From a virus, in the IMG/VR virus record IMGVR_UViG_3300025324_000003, positions 1-47,004 of that record: 47,004 nucleotides of DNA; one strand, given 5' to 3'. The notes beneath the pieces are model-generated. The model was not told the origin of the DNA, did no database searches, and saw only the letters and a program-made list of their open reading frames with translations. Below are positions 25,301 through 34,787 of the stretch, piece after piece. Position 1 is the stretch's first letter; each line of letters opens with the position of its first letter. The translations under genes were made by a program, and so were the position numbers.

Positions 25301-27607
25301 ATGCCTGATCTACTTACTCCAGAACTAATCACTCCACTCAGTCAGGAAACAACTGATGTGGACGTGATTGATGGGAAGATAGAGAAGCCTCAACTTCTAC
25401 ATGAGACAGAAGAAGCTAAGATTTTGCTCACAATCGTCCAAGATTACGACAGAGAGGAAGAATTTGCTCGATTAAATCTAGTAAGAAAATGTAGGAAGCA
25501 ACTTCACTACTGGAATAATTATCAATATCTAGCTTGGGATGAAATAGCTCACGATTGGATGACACCAGATGAAGTTGTAGAGCAAGATCCACAGGCAGAT
25601 ATTGATCCGGCTCTCTACGCTAAAGTAATTAACGTCTACAAAGCTCATGGTGAGATCCTCATCGGTGCTTTAACAAGTGGTTTACCAGTCGTCCGCTTCA
25701 TGCCGAAGGACGCCGATGACCAAGAAGATATAACGTCTGCCAAAGCTCACAGTAAGTTAGCGGAGTTAGTCCAAAAGCAAAATCACGCCAAATTGCTTCT
25801 GATGAAGTCTCTTTTCATCCTCTATAATCAATCCTTCGTTGCGGCCTATAATGAGAATAAAGCTGATTATCGCTTCGGCTCGATCAAAGTTCCAGATTAT
25901 GTTGAGACGGAGATAACAAATCGGGATTCTTACTGTCCGTCCTGTGGAGATAGGATTGGTTTCGACCGATTTAGTCCTGAATCTCCCCAGACTCCACCAA
26001 TGGAGCAAAATTGTCCTGCTTGTGGAAACATGGTCATGCCTGAGACAGAAGATGTTCCGGGAATGATGCAGCAGCAGGTTGGATCTCATACTGAGCCTAA
26101 GAATAGAGAGTGTATTGAGGTCTATGGACCAATTAACGTAAAGGTTCCAATCTGGGCGCGTGACCAGTTTAGTATTCCATATCTGATTCTTGAGACAGAG
26201 GAGCACGTTGCCCTCATAAAAGAGATTTATACTGAGATTGCCGACAAGATCCAAGCTACAGCCTATCCCGACGTTTATGATAAGGAAGCTAGAATCCCAA
26301 CCCATTATCGGTCAGACTTTCCAAAAAATCTCTGCACGGTTCAGCGAGTTTGGTTACGTCCCTGGGCTTTTAATCTCTATACTAGGGATGTAGAGAAAAT
26401 TGCTGCACTTAAGGCTAAATATCCTGAAGGCTGTTATGTAGTCATCATAAACCAGGATCTTGTAGCAGAGATAGTTAGAGACAAAATTGATGATCATTGG
26501 ACGATAAGCGAGCATCCTCTCAGTGAAGTCCTTCATAATGAGCCAATCGGTGCGCCGATGGTTCCTTTGCAGGATATTACTAATGAGCTAGCTAACTTGA
26601 CATTGGAGACGATCGAATTTGGGATTCCAGAAATTTTTGCAGATGGACGAGTTATCGATTTTGAAGCATACCAGAGAAATGAAGCCCGTCCTGGTCAAGT
26701 CTCCCAAGCAACAGCTCCTGCTGGTATGAATCTTTCATCAGGTTTCCATGAAATTAAGGCCTCTACACTATCTCGAGAGGTCGAGCAATTCGCTAATAGG
26801 ATTTCGGAGGTAGCTCAGTTCGTGATGGGAAGTTATCCATCTATATATGGTGGGACATTAGAGGGAGGTTCAAGGACCGCCAAAGAATATGAGATGAGCA
26901 AGGCTTCAGCGCTCCAGAGATTATCAACGACCTGGACTATTCTCCAAGAATGGTGGGTCAAGGTTGTAGCCAAGAGCGTGAAATCGTTCGTCAAAAACAT
27001 GAGGGAGGATGAAAGGTCTGTTCAATCTAAGGGCTCTAATTTCGTGAACGTCTGGATTCGTAAGTCTGAACTGACTGGTGAAGTTGGTGATATTGAGCCA
27101 GAGATTACAGAAACCTTCCCAATCTCTTGGACTCAAAAGCGTGATGTTATCCTTAATTTGATCCAGATGGATAATGAGGATATTGCTGCTGTTATTCGTC
27201 ATCCAGAGAATGCTGGTCTGGTTGCTTCTATCATAGGAGTGCCAGAACTTTATATCCCTGGTGATGATGATAGAAATAAGCAGCTTTATGAGATTGCTCG
27301 TCTCGTTAGAGAGGAGCCCATGATATCTCCTCCAATGGGTCCAGCTATGCCTGAAGCTCATCCAATGAGCACAGTCCCCGTAGACTCAGACATAGATAAT
27401 CATTCAGTCGAGGCTGAAGTTTGCCGTGCGTGGCTCAAGTCTGAGGTTGGGCTCGACGCTAAGGAGAACAACCCAGGTGGCTATGCTAATGTCCTCGCTC
27501 ATCTTAAAGAGCACTTGATGTTTGAAGCTCAGGAGCAGATGGCCCGGATGGAGGTCGAGGGAACAACTGGAGAGGAGGAAATGACGGAAGAAGGAGTAGC
27601 AACTTAA
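25301..27607 (+). CDS. Portal protein (putative) with an inserted zinc ribbon
   Basis: 768-aa ORF downstream of TerL and upstream of the scaffold and MCP genes, with an acidic C-terminus. Contains CPSCGD...CPACGN. Called from position and size. Confidence 0.65.
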   Translation: MPDLLTPELITPLSQETTDVDVIDGKIEKPQLLHETEEAKILLTIVQDYDREEEFARLNLVRKCRKQLHYWNNYQYLAWDEIAHDWMTPDEVVEQDPQADIDPALYAKVINVYKAHGEILIGALTSGLPVVRFMPKDADDQEDITSAKAHSKLAELVQKQNHAKLLLMKSLFILYNQSFVAAYNENKADYRFGSIKVPDYVETEITNRDSYCPSCGDRIGFDRFSPESPQTPPMEQNCPACGNMVMPETEDVPGMMQQQVGSHTEPKNRECIEVYGPINVKVPIWARDQFSIPYLILETEEHVALIKEIYTEIADKIQATAYPDVYDKEARIPTHYRSDFPKNLCTVQRVWLRPWAFNLYTRDVEKIAALKAKYPEGCYVVIINQDLVAEIVRDKIDDHWTISEHPLSEVLHNEPIGAPMVPLQDITNELANLTLETIEFGIPEIFADGRVIDFEAYQRNEARPGQVSQATAPAGMNLSSGFHEIKASTLSREVEQFANRISEVAQFVMGSYPSIYGGTLEGGSRTAKEYEMSKASALQRLSTTWTILQEWWVKVVAKSVKSFVKNMREDERSVQSKGSNFVNVWIRKSELTGEVGDIEPEITETFPISWTQKRDVILNLIQMDNEDIAAVIRHPENAGLVASIIGVPELYIPGDDDRNKQLYEIARLVREEPMISPPMGPAMPEAHPMSTVPVDSDIDNHSVEAEVCRAWLKSEVGLDAKENNPGGYANVLAHLKEHLMFEAQEQMARMEVEGTTGEEEMTEEGVAT

Positions 27608-27684
27608 TCTATCAATCTAAACACTAAATCTGTATGCTGAACAGACGCGCTCGAAAAAGGCTTGCAAAGGCCGAGGTGATTAAA

Positions 27685-28344
27685 ATGGGAGAAAAGTTAC
27701 TAGGTCAGGTTTTAAGCTTGAATGACAGAGAAGCAAATGAGTCGAGCGAGGAAATTGTTGGTCTTGGTGTTCATCGTGAGATGCTCGTCAATCAAGTCTT
27801 AGGAAAATACTACGCTCTTGCTCGAAAGGGTAAAGTATTTATCCATAGCACAGTCGTTGCTGGCGTCGCATTTCCGATCAGCACATCAACAGCTCCAGTT
27901 TTTGGGGTCTGGAATAAGGCTGATAGTGGCCGTCTATTAGTTCCTCTTGCTTGGATGGGTCAATATGTCTCTGGGACGGCCATTCAGACCGGAGTGGGAC
28001 TAAGTCATGTTGGTAATACAGGTTCTGGTGTCGCAACCGCCGCTCCTCTCAGTGCAATCACAGAGGTTGTTCCTATCAATGCTTTCCTTGGAAATGGAAA
28101 CGTCGCAAAATGTCCAGGTTTCTCTACTGTAACTTTGACCACAGCGGGAACTTGGAGATATGCTCTTGGAATGAATACGTTTACTGGAGCAGCGACAGTT
28201 CCAATTGGAATCTCGAATATCAGTCGCCATGATTTCGATGGCGCTTTGCTTATCCCTCCTGGAAATCTCATTCACGTAGTCGGAAACGCTGCATCTGGTG
28301 CTCTCTATGGTCAGACTCTCATCGTTGCAGAGCTTCCCTACTAG
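27685..28344 (+). CDS. Hypothetical Gly/Ala/Thr-rich, probably beta-rich virion protein
   Basis: The ATG at 27685 has a GAGGTG Shine-Dalgarno (6-nt spacer); the longest ORF starts at 27634. It lies between the portal and scaffold genes. Confidence 0.6.
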   Translation: MGEKLLGQVLSLNDREANESSEEIVGLGVHREMLVNQVLGKYYALARKGKVFIHSTVVAGVAFPISTSTAPVFGVWNKADSGRLLVPLAWMGQYVSGTAIQTGVGLSHVGNTGSGVATAAPLSAITEVVPINAFLGNGNVAKCPGFSTVTLTTAGTWRYALGMNTFTGAATVPIGISNISRHDFDGALLIPPGNLIHVVGNAASGALYGQTLIVAELPY

Positions 28345-28369
28345 TTAGAAATGCCATAAGGAGTAAATC

Positions 28370-29704
28370 ATGTCTCTTCATCATCTACTTAATCTTGCAC
28401 TTTCTCCTCCTCTCTATTTTGATAAGCCAGATGATTCTGGAGGAGGAGATAAATCTGAACTAGAGCAGGATCTCTCTGATCTTGGTGATGAAGGGGCTTC
28501 TCCTGATGATGAGGGCGGAGAGGACGATGAGGGTGGAGAAGGTGATGAGGGTAAGGGAGACAAGTCTGAGGGGGAGGAAGAAGACGAGGGGGAAGGTGAA
28601 GGTGAGGGCGAAAAAGAAGAAAAAGAAGAAAAAGAAGAAGAAGGAGACGAGAAAAAAGAAAAGAAAGAAGAAGAGATAGAGACTGACGAGCAGGGTCGGC
28701 CGACTGTAAAAGCTTTGAAGGCAGTCTATCCTGATATTTTCAAAAAGTTCCCTGCTCTCCGTCAAGCTTTCTTTGAGCATCCAAAGTTTCTCGAGGTCTT
28801 CGCTGATCCAGAATCTGCTCAGATAGCAGCAGACAAGGCAAGAGAGTATGATCAGCTTGAGGGGTCTATAGTTGGTAATGGTGATCCTAGCCTCTTAGTT
28901 AATACTCTCGGGGAGAATAATCCTAAAGCTTTATCTAAGCTGGTTGAAAACTTTGGAGAGTCGGTTAGGAAATACGACAGTGACCTTTACGTAAAGCTCT
29001 CAACTCCTATCATCGAGGAGCTCATCTATCACGCCGCCGCCCACGCTCAGAAGATTGGGGCAAGCAAGGATCAGCCTGGGAGAAATCTCCTTTTAGCTGC
29101 GAAACACATCGCTAATTTCGCCTTCGCTAATGGTGGGGATATTCCTGACATCTCTAAGCGCGTGCCAGATAGAGAAAAAGAACCATCCGAAGCTGAGAAG
29201 TTGCTTCACGAGGAGCGTGAGGCTTATCGCTACGAAAAGTATTCTGGAGCTATAACTGAAGTCGAGGATAAAATAACGACCGAACTTAACAATATCGTTG
29301 GAAATAAACTTGATGCTCTAACATCATTTGAGAGGAAAGCGGTCATCAAGGACGTTCGTCGTGAGATTGATCAGGCTCTACTGGCTGATAAAGCCTTTCA
29401 GAGAACTCTTGGTAGTTTGTGGAAACAGGCAGGTGAGTCGGGCTATAGCGATGCTTCCAAGACCAGAATCCGGCGTGCATGGTTGGAGCGCGCACGAAGT
29501 ATCGCGCCAGGTATTCGTAATCGACTCCGTCAGGAGGCTCTTGACGCAAGGACTCCAGGCAAGAGCAGCTCAGATGAAGGGGAGGGCAAGAAGCGACAGT
29601 TTCCAAGTCAAGGTGGACGTGGTCCAAGTAAGGCGCATGGGGTGGTCGACCCTAAAAAAATCGATTGGCGCAAGACCTCGGACATGGACATCATCAACTC
29701 GTAG
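28370..29704 (+). CDS. Scaffolding protein (putative) with poly-acidic low-complexity region
   Basis: An E/D/G/K-rich tract (residues ~25-100) is followed by a helical region. The ORF precedes the capsid gene region, separated from the MCP gene only by the HNH gene. Confidence 0.6.
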   Translation: MSLHHLLNLALSPPLYFDKPDDSGGGDKSELEQDLSDLGDEGASPDDEGGEDDEGGEGDEGKGDKSEGEEEDEGEGEGEGEKEEKEEKEEEGDEKKEKKEEEIETDEQGRPTVKALKAVYPDIFKKFPALRQAFFEHPKFLEVFADPESAQIAADKAREYDQLEGSIVGNGDPSLLVNTLGENNPKALSKLVENFGESVRKYDSDLYVKLSTPIIEELIYHAAAHAQKIGASKDQPGRNLLLAAKHIANFAFANGGDIPDISKRVPDREKEPSEAEKLLHEEREAYRYEKYSGAITEVEDKITTELNNIVGNKLDALTSFERKAVIKDVRREIDQALLADKAFQRTLGSLWKQAGESGYSDASKTRIRRAWLERARSIAPGIRNRLRQEALDARTPGKSSSDEGEGKKRQFPSQGGRGPSKAHGVVDPKKIDWRKTSDMDIINS

Positions 29705-29723
29705 ACTGTTGGAGTTGGCCCTT

Positions 29724-30083
29724 ATGGGAGTTGGAATTAAAGGTAGTCGTGGGATTAAAGGCTTGAGTCTAGAAGAAAGACTTGAGAGAAATCGTGCGAT
29801 TACTGAATTCGGCTGTTGGGAGTGGACCCTAGCTAAGGACGCTCTTGGCTATGGCTTAATCCATCTTAGTCGGGAAGCAGGAACTAAGAGAGTTCATATT
29901 GTAGCATTTGAGCTTTATAATAGTGTAAAGCCAAGAAATTGTGTGTTACATAAATTGGAGTGTTCCAATAAGTCCTGCTTTAATCCAGCTCATCTCTATG
30001 ATGGAACTAAACGCGACAACTATGAAGATGCTGTCGCGGCTGGAACACACGTAAATGTGAGGAGACCTGATGGCTCAAACTGA
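29724..30083 (+). CDS. HNH homing endonuclease
   Basis: GCWEWTLAKDALGYG...HIVAF...VLHKLECSNKSCFNPAHLYDGTKRDNYED is the typical phage HNH_3 pattern. The ATG at 29724 was chosen because the longer ORF from 29328 overlaps the scaffold gene. Confidence 0.8.
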   Translation: MGVGIKGSRGIKGLSLEERLERNRAITEFGCWEWTLAKDALGYGLIHLSREAGTKRVHIVAFELYNSVKPRNCVLHKLECSNKSCFNPAHLYDGTKRDNYEDAVAAGTHVNVRRPDGSN

Positions 30084-31314
30084 AAGTCAGGTCGTTGCCG
30101 CGGAACTTGAGAGGGTTGCACCCAAAGTTCCTCTACTTTTCGAGAGGGATGCCATGTTCTATGCGAACGTGGAGAAGCGTCCAGTCGAAAAGGTCTCCTC
30201 AAGGGACATGAGAGTCCCTCTTGAGATTCGTCCTGGTGGGTTGTTTGGTTATTACGACACCGCTGGAGGCGACCTTGGACGAGGAGAAGGCCCGACCTTC
30301 GAGAAAGCGACTATTACCACGGTTAACTTCAAGTATGCCGTGGAGTGGCACAAGAAAACTCAATGGTCAACTGATGATGCTCGTAAATCGGTTGTCAACT
30401 CAGTTAAGCACCTTCTCGCCAATGCGATGAAGGAGTTTCGTCGGATGGTAGATGCAAATCTGATGACTGCTGGTGATGGGGTCGTTGGAGTAGTATCTGC
30501 GATCAGTGGAACTACGTTGACTCTTGGCACAGATGGATTTGGCACTCGCCTGATTCGTCATGGTCAGAAGATCAATATCTATAACTCGACTCTAGCAACG
30601 GACAGAACGACAGGCGATGAGCGAAAGATCACTACTGTCGATCCCGAAGCAAAGACTATCATCTATGAGGGCGCAGCAGTAGCGGGCGTTGTCGTAGGTG
30701 ATAAGATAGTCGCTTCTGGTCTATCTGGAGCGAATCCTGTTGGCATCCTTGGTGTTCCATACCATCACTCCAATGCTTCAACGGGGACATGGCTTGGTCT
30801 GGATCGCGCAACGTATCCTGAGATTCGAGCGAATCGCATCAATGCTTCTGGCGCTCTTGCCCTTCCTCATGCCCGACGCGCGCTAAACAAGATTGGTGAG
30901 CGTTTGGGACAGGAAAATGGCATGAAGCTGAAAGCCTGGCTACATCCTTGTCAAGCTCAGTCATATGAGGAACTCGGTCAGCTCGTAACCCAGATCAACA
31001 AGACGGCGAGTGCGAAGGAGAATCTCGACCTTTACTTCGACGTTCAGCAGATCGCGGGCGTCCCAGCTCGTAAGCATTTCAACTGGGACAAGAAGCGAAT
31101 CGACTTCGTGGTTGATGAGGTCTGGGGTCGTGCTGAGATGAAGCCGGCGGGATTTTACGAAGAGGAAGGCAGGCGCCTGTTCGAGGTGCGTGGTCCTTCT
31201 GGAGGTGTTGCAGCAGCGACATTGTTCTATCTTGTTGCGAGCTTCAATACTTTCGTCAACCAGCCACCTGGATTGTCTTACATTGACAATCTCGATGTCC
31301 CAACTGGCTACTAA
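30070..31314 (+). CDS. Major capsid protein (putative, HK97-fold type)
   Basis: 414-aa ORF downstream of the scaffold gene (the HNH gene intervenes). A good Shine-Dalgarno lies on the following small gene and a strong terminator lies downstream. The composition is typical of coat proteins. Confidence 0.7.
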   Translation: MAQTESQVVAAELERVAPKVPLLFERDAMFYANVEKRPVEKVSSRDMRVPLEIRPGGLFGYYDTAGGDLGRGEGPTFEKATITTVNFKYAVEWHKKTQWSTDDARKSVVNSVKHLLANAMKEFRRMVDANLMTAGDGVVGVVSAISGTTLTLGTDGFGTRLIRHGQKINIYNSTLATDRTTGDERKITTVDPEAKTIIYEGAAVAGVVVGDKIVASGLSGANPVGILGVPYHHSNASTGTWLGLDRATYPEIRANRINASGALALPHARRALNKIGERLGQENGMKLKAWLHPCQAQSYEELGQLVTQINKTASAKENLDLYFDVQQIAGVPARKHFNWDKKRIDFVVDEVWGRAEMKPAGFYEEEGRRLFEVRGPSGGVAAATLFYLVASFNTFVNQPPGLSYIDNLDVPTGY

Positions 31315-31340
31315 AGCAGTCTAGGATAAGGAGAATAAAA

Positions 31341-31658
31341 ATGTCAAGTCCAACTCCAGAACGCTGGACGCAGGGAGATGAGCACAACCAAGTAGTTGGA
31401 GCAGCTCTAGCATCGGCGGACACTATTGCTCCGACTCACTCATATCACCGTATCACAGGAACTACGGGGATTGAGACGATTACTCCACCTTGGGTTGGTT
31501 TTTCTGGTCCACTCTATCTCGTTTTTGCTGATGCTGTAACTTTCGGAGTAACTGGAAATGTCGCGTTCGCCTTTACGTCAGCAGCGGACGAGATGGCTGT
31601 GCTGTTCTACAATGCTCAGACGGGCAAGTGGAATGGTGGGATTCTCAAGAATACTTAA
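31341..31658 (+). CDS. Small virion protein (105 aa), possible capsid decoration
   Basis: An AAGGAG Shine-Dalgarno is present. The gene lies between the MCP gene and the terminator. Confidence 0.55.
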   Translation: MSSPTPERWTQGDEHNQVVGAALASADTIAPTHSYHRITGTTGIETITPPWVGFSGPLYLVFADAVTFGVTGNVAFAFTSAADEMAVLFYNAQTGKWNGGILKNT

Positions 31659-31664
31659 TCTTAT

Positions 31665-31699
31665 AGGAGAGGGGGAGAAATCTTCCTCTCCTCTCTTTT
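31665..31699 (+). terminator. Intrinsic terminator after the capsid genes
   Basis: AGGAGAGGGGGA-GAAA-TCTTCCTCTCCT forms a 12-bp stem (including 2 G-U pairs) with a GNRA loop, followed by CTCTTTT. Confidence 0.6.
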
Positions 31700-32317
31700 A
31701 TGATTACGGATAAAATATTAATCGAGTCAATAAATGAGACGTTGCTCCAAAACTTTAGGGTTTTGGATGGACGCCCGATTTATCGACTCGTTTGGTCTGA
31801 TAGCCAGCTAGAGAAGCGAGTTGGTGACTTTACTGACTGGTATGGGCATATTCTAATCCGCCAAGAACATAAAGCTCTTCGGGAGGTCAAAAAGTATTGG
31901 TATTTCGAGAAACCTTGTTGGGTCTTAGAGAAGCTAGTTTTCGTGAATGGAGTTCAAGCTCTCAAAGAGATTACACTTGAGCTAGTGGAAGCTAGAAATG
32001 GAAGCTATGAGCCAGTCTACGTTTTCAGAGATAGTGAAGGAAATCCGCTCCAAGTTAATTGGAGAGTAGTAGAAATCATTATATCGGTTCTTCATAATCC
32101 AGTCAAAAAACTCCCAAGCGATTTTGAAGCCGATAGATTGATGGAGGAGCAGGACGAGCAAAAATATTTCTTCAATAAGATCAGCGAGGATGAAAGATCA
32201 GAGCTATTCGTATGGGATAATTCAGTTTTTGTATCGACCAAGCAAAAACAATTTAGGCAAGAGTATAAAGAAAAGCTGGACCTCGTAGAAGGAGTGCAAA
32301 ATGCCAGAGTTCTCTGA
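31700..32317 (+). CDS. Hypothetical structural-module protein (205 aa)
   Basis: ORF in the late operon. No motif recognised. Confidence 0.6.
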   Translation: MITDKILIESINETLLQNFRVLDGRPIYRLVWSDSQLEKRVGDFTDWYGHILIRQEHKALREVKKYWYFEKPCWVLEKLVFVNGVQALKEITLELVEARNGSYEPVYVFRDSEGNPLQVNWRVVEIIISVLHNPVKKLPSDFEADRLMEEQDEQKYFFNKISEDERSELFVWDNSVFVSTKQKQFRQEYKEKLDLVEGVQNARVL

Positions 32318-33020
32318 AGTTAAGGACATTTCCACCGTAATCTCAATCTTACCAGTAGGCATCTGTGAGAAAAAACCTGGTCTAATCCCGGGAGAATACG
32401 TTATTCCTCCTGTGAAAGACCCAAGCAAGAATTGCAATACTCTTGTAGTCATGCGCGCGCGTTTTCCTGTTTACATTGACGAGAATCGACCTGCCCTTGT
32501 CGTTCCAGAGCCATCGGATAGAGTTTGTGCTTCTATCTGTAGAGATTTTGCGATTGGAATCATGGGCTACGAGCCAGGGCGAGCCGAGCCTGGTCTAACG
32601 TGGGTCCAGGGAGAATATGGTCCATCCGTTGTGGAAAAGATGATGGCTCCACAGATGGCTACTCTGCGTGAGCGTCAAAATGAATGGTTCAAAAATCTAG
32701 TCGTTATAGCTGATGACGATTGGTCTAAGCTCCACATGAGACGAGCGATCTCAGGTTTACAAAGGGTCGCATGTAGATGTCTTGGATTAGAACGAGAATG
32801 GAATATCGACATCGAAATAGAAAAGCAAGTCGACATCGATATGACCCCATGCAAGTTCTGCCGCGCTCCAGTTCATCATGAGGCTATCGTTTGTATGCAC
32901 TGTCAAGGTATTTTGAATATGACTAGATACAAGACTGAGTTCATATCTGCTCAGACCCTTGTTGGTCAAGCTAAGTCGCCACAAGTAAAAGATTCGCTTA
33001 GCGAACAATTCGGGCGGTGA
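32301..33020 (+). CDS. Hypothetical structural-module protein with C-terminal zinc ribbon
   Basis: An AAGGAG Shine-Dalgarno is present. Contains CKFCRAPVHHEAIVCMHCQG. Confidence 0.6.
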   Translation: MPEFSEVKDISTVISILPVGICEKKPGLIPGEYVIPPVKDPSKNCNTLVVMRARFPVYIDENRPALVVPEPSDRVCASICRDFAIGIMGYEPGRAEPGLTWVQGEYGPSVVEKMMAPQMATLRERQNEWFKNLVVIADDDWSKLHMRRAISGLQRVACRCLGLEREWNIDIEIEKQVDIDMTPCKFCRAPVHHEAIVCMHCQGILNMTRYKTEFISAQTLVGQAKSPQVKDSLSEQFGR

Positions 33021-33057
33021 GCATAAGACTTTTTGAGCGTAAGAGCAGATAGAAAAA

Positions 33058-33717
33058 ATGGCTGTCACTTTCGCGACTCCACTATCCGAAGCAAGGGCTC
33101 TTCTAAACGATGTAACGGGGGCTATCTATCAAGATGCTCCTATGATTACACTTGGTAATAAGGTTTACAAGGAGCTTCAAACTAAGCTATCTGCGAATGG
33201 GATATCGACGAATAAAGAATTATCAACAGTTATCGATGTTCCAGCTCTTACCCTAAAGCTATCAGATGGAGCACTTCTTCCAACTGATCTCCTTTATCCC
33301 ATTCATTTGGAGGAGAGAGATGATGGTTCGACATCTCTAGAGGACTTTATAGACATGGATGAGAGAGAATGGGAGCCCGATCTCGTTAAGACGGAGATAT
33401 TAAGATACTGGACATGGAGAGAGGAGGAGATAAAGTTTGTAGGATCAACTGTTGCTCGTGAGGTGAGGATTAAATATGTCAAATCTCTTGGAAGTATTAC
33501 AGCGACTACCTCACCTTTAGCAATCCTTAACTCGGAACAATGGTTAGCACAAAGGCTCGCAGCAGTTGCATCACTTGTTCTAGGATCTAATTCAAGCCGC
33601 GCTCAAGCTCTAAACGATGATCTCGTAACAATTTGGGATGACTTGAGAGCGACTCTAGTTAAAAGGCGTCAGGCCATTCCAGTGAGGAGGAGGAGGACAA
33701 GATATAGAGTTCCTTAG
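33058..33717 (+). CDS. Hypothetical structural protein (219 aa), possible head-tail adaptor
   Basis: ORF in the late operon. The function is guessed from position only. Confidence 0.55.
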   Translation: MAVTFATPLSEARALLNDVTGAIYQDAPMITLGNKVYKELQTKLSANGISTNKELSTVIDVPALTLKLSDGALLPTDLLYPIHLEERDDGSTSLEDFIDMDEREWEPDLVKTEILRYWTWREEEIKFVGSTVAREVRIKYVKSLGSITATTSPLAILNSEQWLAQRLAAVASLVLGSNSSRAQALNDDLVTIWDDLRATLVKRRQAIPVRRRRTRYRVP

Positions 33718-33764
33718 ACTTGGGAAGGCCCGCGCGATTGTGCGCAAGTTAAGGAGAAGAAAAA

Positions 33765-34751
33765 ATGGCAAGATCCCGTGGAATCAGAGGACGCGGATTG
33801 CAGAACGTTCAAGCCAATCTAAGACTCACAGACGATTTTCTAGCTCCGTTTCGTGTCTTCTATGTAGATCCAGCGAATGGAGACGATGGTGCGAGTGGAC
33901 TTACTCTAGACAATCCTCTCGATACATTGACAGAGGCTCATGCTAGGATGACAGCTGGCTTAAACGACATCTGTATCCTAGTCGGGGATGGTGGAACTAC
34001 AGGAACAGCGAGAGTCTCATCAACCCTTGTTTGGAGTAAGAATGCTTGTCACTTGATTGGAGTAGCCCCACGAACCCTCAATAATCGAGCCAGAATTGGG
34101 GTTCTTTCTGGAACCACTGCATATGCTAATTTTGTTCAAGTAACCGCGTCTGGTTGCATGTTCAAGAATTTTAGCATGTTTAACGATAATGCTATTGCTG
34201 GACAGATTACTTGGGCTGATTCTGGTGGTAGAAATAGTTATGACGATGTATGGTTTGGTGGAATGGGAGACCAGACGTCAGCAGATAGTGCTACATCTCG
34301 AATCCTCAAGCTGACTGGAACTGGTGAGCATACATTCAGGAATTGTATCATTGGTCTAGATACGATTCAACGTGGAGCAGCGAACGCAAGCGTCGAGTTC
34401 GGTGGTGGATCAAAGAGGAATCGTTTCATCGATTGTGAATTTAACATGACCTGCGACGCGACGACTCCATTGTTCATCCTATCATCTGGCACGAATCCTC
34501 TGGAAACCTTTCAGCTCTTCCGACGTTGCATCTTCCACAACCCAAATCCACAGTCCAGCGCGTCCCTCCTCGCTGCAGTCGCGACGCTTCCTATAAACGG
34601 CAATGGACGCTTGATCATGGACTTCTGTAGTCGGTATGGAGTGACTGACTGGGGAACTAATGCTGACTCTAATGCTCAAATCTATGTCAATGGTCCTGCT
34701 GTTGGAGCATCTGATGAAGTTGGAAGAGGTGTAGTCGCAATCGCTACGTAG
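33765..34751 (+). CDS. Right-handed beta-helix (pectate-lyase-fold-like) virion protein
   Basis: N-terminal GDDGASGLTLDNPLDTLTEAHARMTAGLNDICILVGDG, with later NFSMFN and NCIIG repeats, is typical of parallel beta-helix proteins. An AAGGAG Shine-Dalgarno is present. Confidence 0.55.
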   Translation: MARSRGIRGRGLQNVQANLRLTDDFLAPFRVFYVDPANGDDGASGLTLDNPLDTLTEAHARMTAGLNDICILVGDGGTTGTARVSSTLVWSKNACHLIGVAPRTLNNRARIGVLSGTTAYANFVQVTASGCMFKNFSMFNDNAIAGQITWADSGGRNSYDDVWFGGMGDQTSADSATSRILKLTGTGEHTFRNCIIGLDTIQRGAANASVEFGGGSKRNRFIDCEFNMTCDATTPLFILSSGTNPLETFQLFRRCIFHNPNPQSSASLLAAVATLPINGNGRLIMDFCSRYGVTDWGTNADSNAQIYVNGPAVGASDEVGRGVVAIAT

Positions 34752-34787
34752 TTGGTAGGAGAGTCGTAGGAGAGATCGTAGAGAAAC

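Noticed and set aside
28460-28780. Antisense and alternative-frame ORFs across the acidic tract of the scaffold gene (28460..28780 minus, 28482..28679 plus)
   Set aside because: The purine-rich GAA/AAA run keeps several frames open. The translations are poly-F or poly-K and are not credible genes.
29328-29723. Long N-terminal extension of the HNH ORF overlapping the scaffold gene
   Set aside because: It overlaps the scaffold gene by about 380 nt in another frame, and the Arg-rich translation looks non-genic. The HNH homology begins only after the ATG at 29724.
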